From: an uncultured Thermotogaceae bacterium
GTDB taxonomy: Bacteria; Thermotogota; Thermotogae; MWEM01
Length of the DNA: 62,498 bases
Assembly (NCBI GenBank): GCA_964631265.1
Contig: CAZVWW010000002.1
Span: 1 to 62,498, forward strand
Direction of reading: 5' to 3'
The notes below the pieces were generated by a model. It searched no databases and was not told the DNA's origin. It saw only the letters and a list, made by a program, of their open reading frames with translations. Shown in pieces: positions 7,973 to 16,619 of this stretch; the first letter of the stretch is position 1; every line of letters begins with the position of its first letter. A program made the position numbers and the translations under genes.

Positions 7973-9790
7973 ATGTGTGGAATCTTTGGATTTGTGGGTA
8001 AGGAGCATCGGCTCGGAGAGCTGATTGACGGGCTGAAAAAGTTGGAATACAGGGGGTATGATTCAGCCGGGATCGCATACGTTTCAAGAGGCCGGGTCGA
8101 GGTGGCCAAAAAGTCGGGGCGTGTCAGCGTTCTGGATGAGATGTACAAGGATAAAAAAAAGACCTTCATCAACGTGGGGATCGCTCACACAAGGTGGGCC
8201 ACACACGGCAACCCCAACAATCTGAATGCCCATCCGCACACGGATTGCACCGGTAAGATTGCCGTTGTGCATAACGGCATCATAGAGAATTTCAGCGAGT
8301 TGCGTTCGGAGCTGACCGCCTCCGGGCACCGGATTGAATCGGACACGGACACGGAACTGGTCGCCCATCTCATAGAAGAGTACTATGGCGGCGATCTGCT
8401 CGAGGCCGTTAAAATGGCGATAAAACAACTCCGGGGTGCCTATGCCATCGGTGTTGTCCATGCCGACCAGCCCGACCGTCTTGTTGCCGCCAGAGAGGGA
8501 AGCCCTCTTGTCATCGGGAAGGTTGATTCGGGTGGGATCATCGCCTCTGACATCACACCGATACTCCGCTATACAAAAGACATGTACTTTGTCGAGGACG
8601 GGGATATCATCGAGGTTGATCTGAACGCGATCCGTTTTGAGAATGATAAAGGCGATACCCTGATCAGACATACAAAGACCATCGATTGGGAGGAGGCAGC
8701 CGCTGAGAAATCGGGTTACAAATTCTTCATGGAAAAGGAGATGTTTGAGGAGCCCGGGATCATCACAAAGGCCCTGACAGGCAGGCTCAGTGATAACCGG
8801 GTGAAACTGGAGGAACTGGCCGACTGGGCGGACTTTTTAACGAAGTTGAAAAAGATCAAGGTCGTTGCCGCCGGGACGAGCTATCATTCCGGCCTCGTCT
8901 TCAAATACTTTCTCAACGCCTTTCTGCCCATTGATGTGGAGGTTGAGATCTCTTCTGAGTTCCGATATTCCAGACACTGGCCCGAAGATGATGAACTCTT
9001 CATCTTTATCTCCCAGTCCGGTGAAACGACTGACACGCTGGAGAGTCTGCGTGTTGTGAAAAAGTTCGGCGGCAGGACTTTGGCGATATCCAATGTCGTC
9101 GGCTCCACGATTACACGCGAGGCGGACAAAACCGTCTTCATCAATGCGGGGCCCGAGATCGGGGTTGCCTCAACAAAGGCCTATGTGGGTCAGCTCCTTG
9201 TGCTGTACCTTATCGGGGCCCATATCTGCCAGCTCAACGATGTGGCAGTCGACGAGGCATTTTATTCGGACCTCTCATCAATGAGTGATCTCTACAGAAC
9301 GGCCCTCAGGGATTCTGAGGCGATTAAGGAACTGGCCAAGAAGTATGCCCATTATCTGCATTTTATGTATATCGGCAGACGGCGTAATTATCCAACGGCG
9401 ATGGAGGGGGCGTTGAAATTGAAGGAGATATCCTACATCAATGCCACCAGTTATGCCGGAGGCGAGCTCAAGCACGGCCCTATCGCACTTCTCGACGAGG
9501 AGTTCCCGGTCTTCACGGTGATTCCAAAGGATGAACTCTATGAGAAGATGAAGAGCAACATGATTGAAACGCAGACCCGAAATGCCCGATGTATCTGTCT
9601 GACAACCCGGGACAACGAAGAAGCCGCGAGGATTTGTGACGATGCCATCATGATCCCGCCCGTTTCAAACCATCTGCTGCCGCTGATGTGTGCCCCGTAT
9701 ATCCAGCTCTTTGCCTATCATATTGCGGACATGCGGGGGCTGGATGTCGACAAGCCGAGAAATCTGGCCAAGAGTGTGACCGTGGAATGA
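7973..9790 (+). CDS. glmS: Glutamine--fructose-6-phosphate aminotransferase GlmS
   Basis: Starts MCGIFG (Ntn-amidotransferase Cys2). Two SIS domains. Ends KSVTVE, as GlmS proteins do. Confidence 0.97.
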   Translation: MCGIFGFVGKEHRLGELIDGLKKLEYRGYDSAGIAYVSRGRVEVAKKSGRVSVLDEMYKDKKKTFINVGIAHTRWATHGNPNNLNAHPHTDCTGKIAVVHNGIIENFSELRSELTASGHRIESDTDTELVAHLIEEYYGGDLLEAVKMAIKQLRGAYAIGVVHADQPDRLVAAREGSPLVIGKVDSGGIIASDITPILRYTKDMYFVEDGDIIEVDLNAIRFENDKGDTLIRHTKTIDWEEAAAEKSGYKFFMEKEMFEEPGIITKALTGRLSDNRVKLEELADWADFLTKLKKIKVVAAGTSYHSGLVFKYFLNAFLPIDVEVEISSEFRYSRHWPEDDELFIFISQSGETTDTLESLRVVKKFGGRTLAISNVVGSTITREADKTVFINAGPEIGVASTKAYVGQLLVLYLIGAHICQLNDVAVDEAFYSDLSSMSDLYRTALRDSEAIKELAKKYAHYLHFMYIGRRRNYPTAMEGALKLKEISYINATSYAGGELKHGPIALLDEEFPVFTVIPKDELYEKMKSNMIETQTRNARCICLTTRDNEEAARICDDAIMIPPVSNHLLPLMCAPYIQLFAYHIADMRGLDVDKPRNLAKSVTVE

Positions 9791-10278
9791 GAAGAAGACT
9801 GCTTTTCCTCATCATCTGTATTCTGATCGCCGGGCCGGTCTTCTCCGAGGGGATTATGATGGTCTATCCGCATGAGGACCGGGTGATCGTCCTCTTCGAC
9901 GATCATTCATGGTTCTATCACTCGGAGATTGACTGGTATGACATGGTTGATTTTCAAAAATACAACGGCGAAAACGGGCTGGCCCTGCTGGAGTCGGATT
10001 CATTCAGAAGTGCCAACGGGTTTGTGGTTCTCAGGGGAACCCTGATGAATACAACGCTTGAAGAGAAGACGCTCTGTGTCGAATACATGTTGCTGGATAA
10101 TGAAAAGGCCTTGATCCGGACGGTTGAGACCTGTTCTAAGGAGGTTGTGGAAGCGGGGCATCTCTTTTCGTTCGAACTCGAGATTGATATTGACAATGGC
10201 GACGCGAAATATATTGTACTGAAGGCATTGAAGACAGACCGAAAAATAGAAACGGGAGGCGACAATCATGGAAACTAA
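9787..10278 (+). CDS. Secreted protein of unknown function
   Basis: ATGA overlap with the glmS stop. Signal peptide MRRRLLFLIICILIAGPVFSEG. The ORF-track start at 9688 lies inside glmS and is rejected. Confidence 0.6.
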   Translation: MRRRLLFLIICILIAGPVFSEGIMMVYPHEDRVIVLFDDHSWFYHSEIDWYDMVDFQKYNGENGLALLESDSFRSANGFVVLRGTLMNTTLEEKTLCVEYMLLDNEKALIRTVETCSKEVVEAGHLFSFELEIDIDNGDAKYIVLKALKTDRKIETGGDNHGN

Positions 10279-10837
10279 GCAAACAATAGAGGGCAGAAGA
10301 ACGATCAGGAAGTATCAGCAGAAGGAGATTCCGAGGGAGGTGTTGAAAGAGCTGGTCAATGCGGCGAGGCTTGCCCCGTCGGCAGCCAACATGCAGCCAT
10401 TGGAATACGTGGTTGTGGACGAGGAACCCTTTAAGGACGGCCTGTTCAAGACACTGAAATGGGCCGGATACATCAAAGACGGAACCCCCGAAAGCGATGA
10501 AAGGCCGGTTGCCTATATTGTCATCCTCATCAGAAAGGAACGAAAGACCACTTACAGCGGGCATGACTCTGGAGCGGCAGCCGAGAACATAATGCTTCTC
10601 GCCCATGACAAAGGGATTGGCAGTTGCTGGATCGGGAGTGTGGATCGTGAAAGGGCCCGTGAGATCCTGGCGGTTCCTGAAGACTGTATAATAGACACGG
10701 TGGTTGCCCTGGGATACAGGGGTGAGGAATCGGAAGTTTACGACAGCGATGAAACGGTCAAATACGAGAGAGAGAATGGCAAATACCACGTTCCCAAGCG
10801 ACCGCTTGAAAAGATCATCCACTGGAACAATGGCTAA
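10268..10837 (+). CDS. Nitroreductase-family oxidoreductase (FMN-dependent)
   Basis: RRTIRKY...AARLAPSAANMQP motif of the nitroreductase fold. RBS GGGAGG upstream. Overlaps both neighbours. Confidence 0.85.
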   Translation: METKQTIEGRRTIRKYQQKEIPREVLKELVNAARLAPSAANMQPLEYVVVDEEPFKDGLFKTLKWAGYIKDGTPESDERPVAYIVILIRKERKTTYSGHDSGAAAENIMLLAHDKGIGSCWIGSVDRERAREILAVPEDCIIDTVVALGYRGEESEVYDSDETVKYERENGKYHVPKRPLEKIIHWNNG

Positions 10838-12704
10838 GAGAATCGACTTGAGATGTAAAATCGTTTTGTTGGGAACCCTTTTCTTTCTTGTCTTACCGGG
10901 TTTGCAAGGGTTTGCCAATCCCGAAACAGACAATCCGGATTTCAGAGCCGGTCAAGTAGAAACCGCCTGGAGCCGGAACGGCTACAATATTCAAAGCGAG
11001 GATGAAACACTCTTTGTTGTGCTTGCTTTTGAGTATCAGAACCTGGTCAGTCTTGTTCCTTCACAGAACAAGTTGATTGTCTTTTCGAAGTTGAAAAGGA
11101 AGCCGGCGGATATTCCGGAAAAGCCTTACAGGGAGAATATCGAAAAGGTCATGCGTAAAAGCGGATTTGATGAGGCCTACATCGGGGATATGCTCAAAAT
11201 CGTTGAATCGGATGTTTTTAAATTGTCAACGGAGTATACCATCAGCGGAGATCGGTTTAGTATCAGTCCGTACAAGAACACCAACCTCGTGTTAGAACTG
11301 ATATTTTCCCCTGATGTGGATGAGACTCAAAAGACAGTTGACCCGACAAAGGATGACGATGCCGATGAATTGAAAAAGCGCATTGGAATCCTTGAGGAGA
11401 GAAACAAAGAATTGCTCACTGAGCTTTCCTCAGCCCTTGAGAACTGCAAAGCCCGGGAAAGACGGATTAACCGTCTGCTCGATGAGATCGAAACACTCGA
11501 GGCAAGGCTTGAGAAGTACCGTGGTCTGGCCGAATTCAGGGCAGGGATTGTCGACAATCAGAAAAAGGTCATCGATCGCTATCAACAAATCTTTGAAACA
11601 AACAGGCAGACGTTAGACGATCAAAAGGATGAGATTGCATCAATTAATATGAAACACGTTACAGATCTTGAAGAGAAACAAAAGGCGTTGGACAAGCAGG
11701 CAAGAGAGAACAAGGATCTCAGAGATGCCCTGAAGAGTTCGAAGAACGAGATAGAACTCATGAACCATGAGATTCAGACGTTGAACACACGGATAGGAGA
11801 ACTCAAAGAGATGTTCTCAAAACGTGAGAACTTTCTGATTTCTGAGATCAACACCTTGAAATCACGTCTCATGAAAGCCGAAAAACCAGCAGTTGAAGCA
11901 ACCGGAACCTATACCCCAATCCCTATAAAGGAACAGCAAGAGGCTACAGAGACCCGTATCGTGTCGGTTAAGGAAGAGGAGAAAGACGAAAAGTCAGCTT
12001 CAAAGACTTCTGATACCAAAGAAGACATTAAACCGGACATGATGGAACCGGAAGAGGAAGTAGAGTCTGTAGAACCCGCAGAGGAGAAGAAAAGACTCAA
12101 ACGGATCAAAGCCCTGCGTGAAGACAGGGAACTGTACACCATCGACTACAGATACAACGATGATGGCCTCCCCGTCGAGGAAAAAGTGGTGTTGCCAAAC
12201 GGGAATACCGCTGAGAGAACCGTCAGCCAATACAATGAAGACGGGAAACTCGAAGAGCAGATGATTTACCGGGACGGCTCGCTGGTCACAAAGAATCAGT
12301 TCAAACGCGATGAAGCGGGGCGCCTGATCAGAATCCTGAGCTATTCAGCAGATAATGAGATAACGGGCTATCAGTTGCTCGAATACAACAACGCTAAGTC
12401 CGAAAAAGAGCCTGCAAACATCAAACGCTATGAGAACACCGTTTTGAAGACACGGACTGAGAATCGTTTTGATTCGGAGGGGCGGATTATTGAAACAAGA
12501 ACCTACAACAGTGACGGTGAGTTGATCGCCCGATCCGCTGTTACCTTTGAAAACGGCCAACCGAAAAAGACGACGTATTATGAAAACGGAGAGATAGCGG
12601 CCTACAATATTGTTGAGTATGATGAAAACTCTCGCCCTGTTTCACAAAACACTTACAATCAAAACGCTATCCTCATGAACAAACTCATCTTTGAATATCA
12701 ATAA
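10830..12704 (+). CDS. Secreted chimeric protein: signal peptide, unknown N-domain, long coiled coil, acidic linker, C-terminal YD-type repeats
   Basis: ATG at 10830 overlaps the nitroreductase stop by 8 nt and yields signal peptide MAKRIDLRCKIVLLGTLFFLVLPGLQGFA. A heptad-rich region runs from ~ELKKRIGILEERNKELL to MKAEKP, followed by an E/K-rich linker. Repeats include YNDDG, YNEDGKL, DEAGRLI, DSEGRII, YNSDGELI and YDENSRP. Confidence 0.75.
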   Translation: MAKRIDLRCKIVLLGTLFFLVLPGLQGFANPETDNPDFRAGQVETAWSRNGYNIQSEDETLFVVLAFEYQNLVSLVPSQNKLIVFSKLKRKPADIPEKPYRENIEKVMRKSGFDEAYIGDMLKIVESDVFKLSTEYTISGDRFSISPYKNTNLVLELIFSPDVDETQKTVDPTKDDDADELKKRIGILEERNKELLTELSSALENCKARERRINRLLDEIETLEARLEKYRGLAEFRAGIVDNQKKVIDRYQQIFETNRQTLDDQKDEIASINMKHVTDLEEKQKALDKQARENKDLRDALKSSKNEIELMNHEIQTLNTRIGELKEMFSKRENFLISEINTLKSRLMKAEKPAVEATGTYTPIPIKEQQEATETRIVSVKEEEKDEKSASKTSDTKEDIKPDMMEPEEEVESVEPAEEKKRLKRIKALREDRELYTIDYRYNDDGLPVEEKVVLPNGNTAERTVSQYNEDGKLEEQMIYRDGSLVTKNQFKRDEAGRLIRILSYSADNEITGYQLLEYNNAKSEKEPANIKRYENTVLKTRTENRFDSEGRIIETRTYNSDGELIARSAVTFENGQPKKTTYYENGEIAAYNIVEYDENSRPVSQNTYNQNAILMNKLIFEYQ

Positions 12705-12729
12705 CGTCGACAAGAATCGGCCGAAAAAA

Positions 12730-12775
12730 GGGGAACGAACTGACACTGTGCAGGGTGTCACTCCGTTCCCCTTTT
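12730..12775 (+). terminator. Rho-independent terminator after the coiled-coil/YD gene
   Basis: GGGGAACG...GACAC / GTGTC...CGTTCCCC hairpin with a small internal loop, followed by TTTT. Confidence 0.8.
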
Positions 12776-12826
12776 CCTCATGAAACATCCCTCTTTTTTT
12801 CTGAAACGATATACATAAGGTAGCTC

Positions 12827-12897
12827 AGGATACACAATCCGAATTATTTGGATATAATCGGAGTTATTCCGATTTCTCCGGATTTTCAATGTATCCT
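12827..12897 (+). promoter_or_regulatory. Nested inverted repeats upstream of the Opp-type operon (candidate operator or leader structure)
   Basis: Outer arms are AGGATACA (12827-12834) and TGTATCCT (12890-12897). Middle arms are AATCCG and CGGATT. The inner perfect repeat is AATCGGA-GTTAT-TCCGATT. A TATAAT lies at 12853-12858 inside the structure. Confidence 0.45.
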
Positions 12898-12998
12898 GTT
12901 TCATATTATCCTGAAAATGCACAACAACATTTTCATGCGTTGAGCGTTTATGGGTGAGTATGAAAAGTGTTGTAAAAATCTTAAGAAGAGGTGTTTGT

Positions 12999-14675
12999 AT
13001 GAAAGCTCACTGGAAAATTTTGATGGTATTAGCTTTGGTACTCTTATTGGCAACAGTTTCTTTAGGCTACGAACGTTCCGAGACGCTCGTTTACGGCGGC
13101 GGTATGTGGGGAGCTCCCTCCAACTGGAATCCTTTAACCCCCTGGGGCGAAGTGACAGGAACCGGCGGACTGGTTTACGAGTATCTGTTCCATTACTATC
13201 CTTTAAACGACGAATTTGAACCCTGGCTTGCCAAAAAGGGCGAATGGGTCACAAATGACGTTTATGAGGTTGAACTGCGCAAGGGCATCAAATGGACTGA
13301 CGGACAGGACTTTGACGCGGAAGATGTCAAGTTCACATTTGAGATCGCAAAAGATAATGATCTCCATTATTCAAACATATGGACATGGCTCAACCGGATT
13401 GAGATCCTCAACCCGCACAAACTGAGATTTGTCTTCGGGGACAATGTACGCTACCAGGAGTGGAAACTCATCCTCTACGATCAGAGGATCATTCCGGAGC
13501 ATATCTGGAGCGAGATCCCCTCCGATGAACTCCTGACAACGGCAAATGAGCCTCCTGTAGGAACAGGTCCTTATATGTACGAAGATACCGGATCAGACAG
13601 AATGATCTGGGTCAGAAACGATAACTGGTGGGGTATCGATGTATTCGGCAAACCGACACCCAAGAACCTCGTCAACCTGGTTATCTCCGGTAACAACGTG
13701 GCACTTGGTATGTTGATGAAGAGAGAGCTCGACCTGAGTAACTTCTTCATTCCCGGTGTTCCGAAGATCAAGGATGTATACAATCTGACAACTTGGTACG
13801 AAGATGCTCCTTACATGCTTTCGGAGAACACCGCGGCGCTATTCCTCAATACCACAAAAGGGGCCATGAAGGATACGGCGTTCCGAAGAGCGGTTGCCTT
13901 TGCCATCAATCCGCAGATCATTGCAAACAGAGTCTTTGAGAATCAGGTCAGAGTATCCAACCCGGCCGGTCTGTTCGGTGAGGCCTGGATGAAGTACTAC
14001 GACGAAGAAGTGGCAGACGAATACGGTTTCTCATTTGACAAAGAGAAGGCCATTGCGCTGCTCGACGAGAACGGCTTTGTTGATGTCGATGGAGACGGGT
14101 TCAGAGAAGACAAAGACGGTAATCCGATGGACTTCGAGATCATCGTTCCCAACGGTTGGACCGATTGGATGGAATCCATCAAGATCATTGCAACAAATCT
14201 GAGAGAAGTCGGCATAAAAGCAGAACCGAGCTTCCCCGACTACTCCATCTACATGGATCTGATGCAGGGCGGCGAATTCGACATGTGTATCAACAACTTC
14301 GCCTCCTCAAGAAGTACCACACCGTGGACCTACTGGAATTGGGTCGCCAGCGATGAGATCGACCAGGAAACTGTCACAGACGGTAACTACAGCCGTTTCT
14401 CCGATGAAGAGCTCTTCTCACAGATCGATGAATTCAACATGATGAAAGATTCTAACCCCGAGATTCAGAATGTGGCATCTGAGATACAGAAGACACTGCT
14501 CCAGGAAATGCCGTCAATCCCCCTTTGGTACAACGGGCTTTGGGCACAGTCTACAACAGGCACCTGGAATAATTGGCCGACCGAGGACAACCCCGAGGGT
14601 TATCCGTGTACATGGGCCGGAAAATGGCAGTTTGGCGGCATAAAGATGCTGATCAATCTCGAACCTGCCAAATAA
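12999..14675 (+). CDS. ABC transporter substrate-binding protein, family 5 (Opp/Dpp type)
   Basis: ATG at 12999 has RBS AAGAGGTG and signal peptide MKAHWKILMVLALVLLLATVSLG. About 558 aa, directly upstream of DppB/C/D/F-type genes. Confidence 0.85.
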   Translation: MKAHWKILMVLALVLLLATVSLGYERSETLVYGGGMWGAPSNWNPLTPWGEVTGTGGLVYEYLFHYYPLNDEFEPWLAKKGEWVTNDVYEVELRKGIKWTDGQDFDAEDVKFTFEIAKDNDLHYSNIWTWLNRIEILNPHKLRFVFGDNVRYQEWKLILYDQRIIPEHIWSEIPSDELLTTANEPPVGTGPYMYEDTGSDRMIWVRNDNWWGIDVFGKPTPKNLVNLVISGNNVALGMLMKRELDLSNFFIPGVPKIKDVYNLTTWYEDAPYMLSENTAALFLNTTKGAMKDTAFRRAVAFAINPQIIANRVFENQVRVSNPAGLFGEAWMKYYDEEVADEYGFSFDKEKAIALLDENGFVDVDGDGFREDKDGNPMDFEIIVPNGWTDWMESIKIIATNLREVGIKAEPSFPDYSIYMDLMQGGEFDMCINNFASSRSTTPWTYWNWVASDEIDQETVTDGNYSRFSDEELFSQIDEFNMMKDSNPEIQNVASEIQKTLLQEMPSIPLWYNGLWAQSTTGTWNNWPTEDNPEGYPCTWAGKWQFGGIKMLINLEPAK

Positions 14676-14695
14676 TCGATCTTAAAACGTTTCAT

Positions 14696-14725
14696 AACAG
14701 GCCCATTGTAATTGATGGGCCTGTT
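14696..14725 (+). terminator. Intra-operon hairpin after the binding-protein gene (partial terminator or stabiliser)
   Basis: AACAGGCCCAT-TGTAATTG-ATGGGCCTGTT, an 11-bp perfect stem followed by only CATTTT. Such hairpins are typical after ABC transporter SBP genes. Confidence 0.6.
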
Positions 14726-14756
14726 CATTTTAGAGAGGAGCTGAGCTGATCACGCT

Positions 14757-15746
14757 ATGAAAAAATATCTCAGTAAAAAGATCATTATCTATCTCATCAC
14801 CTTCTTTGTTGCCGTTACAATCGACTGGATGATTCCTCGTTTCATGCCCGGGGATCCGATAAACATACTGCTTTCCAGATTTCAGGGTATGGAAGGTGGA
14901 AGAGAAATAATCGAGAGTCAGTTTATTGCCTCGTTTGGGCTTGACAAACCTCTGCTGGAGCAATACTTCAACTTCTGGGTCTCTCTGTTCAAAGGCGATC
15001 TGGGAATCAGCATCTACGTCTTCCCAAAACCGGTTATGGATGTCATCAGCGAGGCCGTCTTTTATGATGTGCTCTTATTGCTGCCTGCCATCATCCTGAG
15101 CTGGATATTGGGAAACAAACTGGGGGCTTTTTCGGGGGTCAACAAAAAGGCCGACAATGCCCTGATGCCATTCTTCTATTTTCTGACCTCATCGCCGTAC
15201 TTCTGGTTTGCCGTGGTGGTGGTCTTTATCTTCGGAGTTCAGTTGGGATTATTCCCGATCAGTAATGCGTACAGCTCCACCACGCAGCCCGGGTTTAATC
15301 TGCATTTTATCCTTGATTTCATCCATCACTGGTTCCTGCCGTTCCTGACCCTCTTCCTCGTTCAGCTCGGCGGCTGGGCAATCGGTATGCGGAATATGAT
15401 ACTATACGAAATGGGAACCAACTATTCAAAATACATGGAATCGCTCGGCGCACCGGAGAAGCTCATCCGGAAATATGCCTTCAGAAACGGTGTGCTGCCA
15501 CAGGTAACAGGACTTGCCATCCGGCTGGGCAACATTGTTGCCGGGGCCCTGACAACCGAGATTGTCTTTTCTTATCCGGGAATCGGCTATATCCTGCTGA
15601 AGGCCATACTGAACCAGGACTACTTCCTCGTTCAGGGGTGTTTTCTGTTCATTGTCATCTTTGTTTTGATCGCTAATTTTATCGTGGATATCATTTACAT
15701 GTTTATCGACCCGCGTGTCAGGTTCTCGTATTCAGGGGAGGTGTGA
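14757..15746 (+). CDS. ABC transporter permease (DppB/OppB type)
   Basis: Six hydrophobic segments and an N-terminal DWMIPRFMPGDP motif typical of OppB/DppB. Confidence 0.9.
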   Translation: MKKYLSKKIIIYLITFFVAVTIDWMIPRFMPGDPINILLSRFQGMEGGREIIESQFIASFGLDKPLLEQYFNFWVSLFKGDLGISIYVFPKPVMDVISEAVFYDVLLLLPAIILSWILGNKLGAFSGVNKKADNALMPFFYFLTSSPYFWFAVVVVFIFGVQLGLFPISNAYSSTTQPGFNLHFILDFIHHWFLPFLTLFLVQLGGWAIGMRNMILYEMGTNYSKYMESLGAPEKLIRKYAFRNGVLPQVTGLAIRLGNIVAGALTTEIVFSYPGIGYILLKAILNQDYFLVQGCFLFIVIFVLIANFIVDIIYMFIDPRVRFSYSGEV

Positions 15747-15749
15747 TCG

Positions 15750-16616
15750 ATGGCGACAAAAGAATTCTGGAAAAGACATGAAAATCTCTATTACGCATTC
15801 ACAAACAAGAAGGTTCTATTCGGGCTTGTGATCTTCTTTTCTGTGGCCTTTCTCGCCATCTTCGGCCCCAGCATGACCCCCTATGAATACGATGAATTTG
15901 CCGGACAGGGGTATCTCCCCCCGTCAAGCGATCACTGGTTCGGCACCACCCTGATGGGCAAGGATGTCTTCACACGGGTTGTCTACGGCTTGAGATCAAC
16001 CTTTCTCGTCGGATTTGTGGGCGGGACGATCGCAACGTTTGTGGGCTTGATCATAGGATTCATAGCAGGTTACAACAGCGGTAAGATGACAGATGAGATC
16101 CTGATGATGATCACGAACATCTTTCTGGTCATACCGACACTGGCATTGCTTATTCTGTTGTCGGCTTATCTGCCCTACAGGGGAATCTTCTCTATGAGTA
16201 TTATCATCGGGCTGACGGCCTGGACCTGGACGGCAAGGGCCGTGCGTTCCCAGACCCTCTCGCTGAAAAACCAGGAATTTGTCAACCTCTCGAGGATAAC
16301 CGCCACCCCCGTTCTGAGAATACTCGGAGAGGATATAGCGGCCAATATGTTTTCATACGTCTTCATGGTCTATATCATCCAGTTTACCGGCGCCATACTG
16401 GCAGCCGTTACACTGGAATTTATCGGACTGGGCCCGACGAGGGGCATCTCGCTGGGTCTCATTATGCAAAACGCCGTCAACTGGAACGCCATTCAGCTCG
16501 GACTCTGGTGGTGGGCGATTCTCCCCGGTCTGCTGGTAACGATTCTCATCGTTTCACTCTATTTTATCAACACCGGACTGGACGAAGTATTCAATCCACG
16601 CTTAAGGGAGATGTAG
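15750..16616 (+). CDS. ABC transporter permease (DppC/OppC type)
   Basis: HWFGTTLMGKDVFTRVVYG motif typical of OppC/DppC. Multiple TM segments. Confidence 0.9.
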   Translation: MATKEFWKRHENLYYAFTNKKVLFGLVIFFSVAFLAIFGPSMTPYEYDEFAGQGYLPPSSDHWFGTTLMGKDVFTRVVYGLRSTFLVGFVGGTIATFVGLIIGFIAGYNSGKMTDEILMMITNIFLVIPTLALLILLSAYLPYRGIFSMSIIIGLTAWTWTARAVRSQTLSLKNQEFVNLSRITATPVLRILGEDIAANMFSYVFMVYIIQFTGAILAAVTLEFIGLGPTRGISLGLIMQNAVNWNAIQLGLWWWAILPGLLVTILIVSLYFINTGLDEVFNPRLREM

Positions 16617-16619
16617 ATT

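Noticed and set aside
10704-10829. N-terminal extensions implied by the ORF-track starts at 10704, 9688, 17467, 25828, 53236, 55575, 57901 and 12954
   Set aside because: Each extension lies inside the upstream gene or lacks an RBS. An internal ATG/GTG with a good Shine-Dalgarno sequence, a signal peptide or a conserved family N-terminus gives a better start.
10136-10933. 265-aa minus-strand ORF antisense to the nitroreductase gene. Similar long antisense ORFs occur at 2322-2939, 8084-8671, 48607-49146 and 58350-59090.
   Set aside because: All are antisense to confidently identified genes (trmFO/thyX, glmS, permease, rny). They lack motifs and plausible start contexts, so I treat them as frame shadows of codon-biased genes.
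12779-12957. Two tiny ORFs in the opp leader: MKHPSFFLKRYT (12779-12817) and MYPVSYYPENAQQHFHALSVYG (12889-12957)
   Set aside because: Neither has a Shine-Dalgarno sequence or any leader-peptide-like codon enrichment. They are probably chance ORFs in AT-rich spacer DNA.
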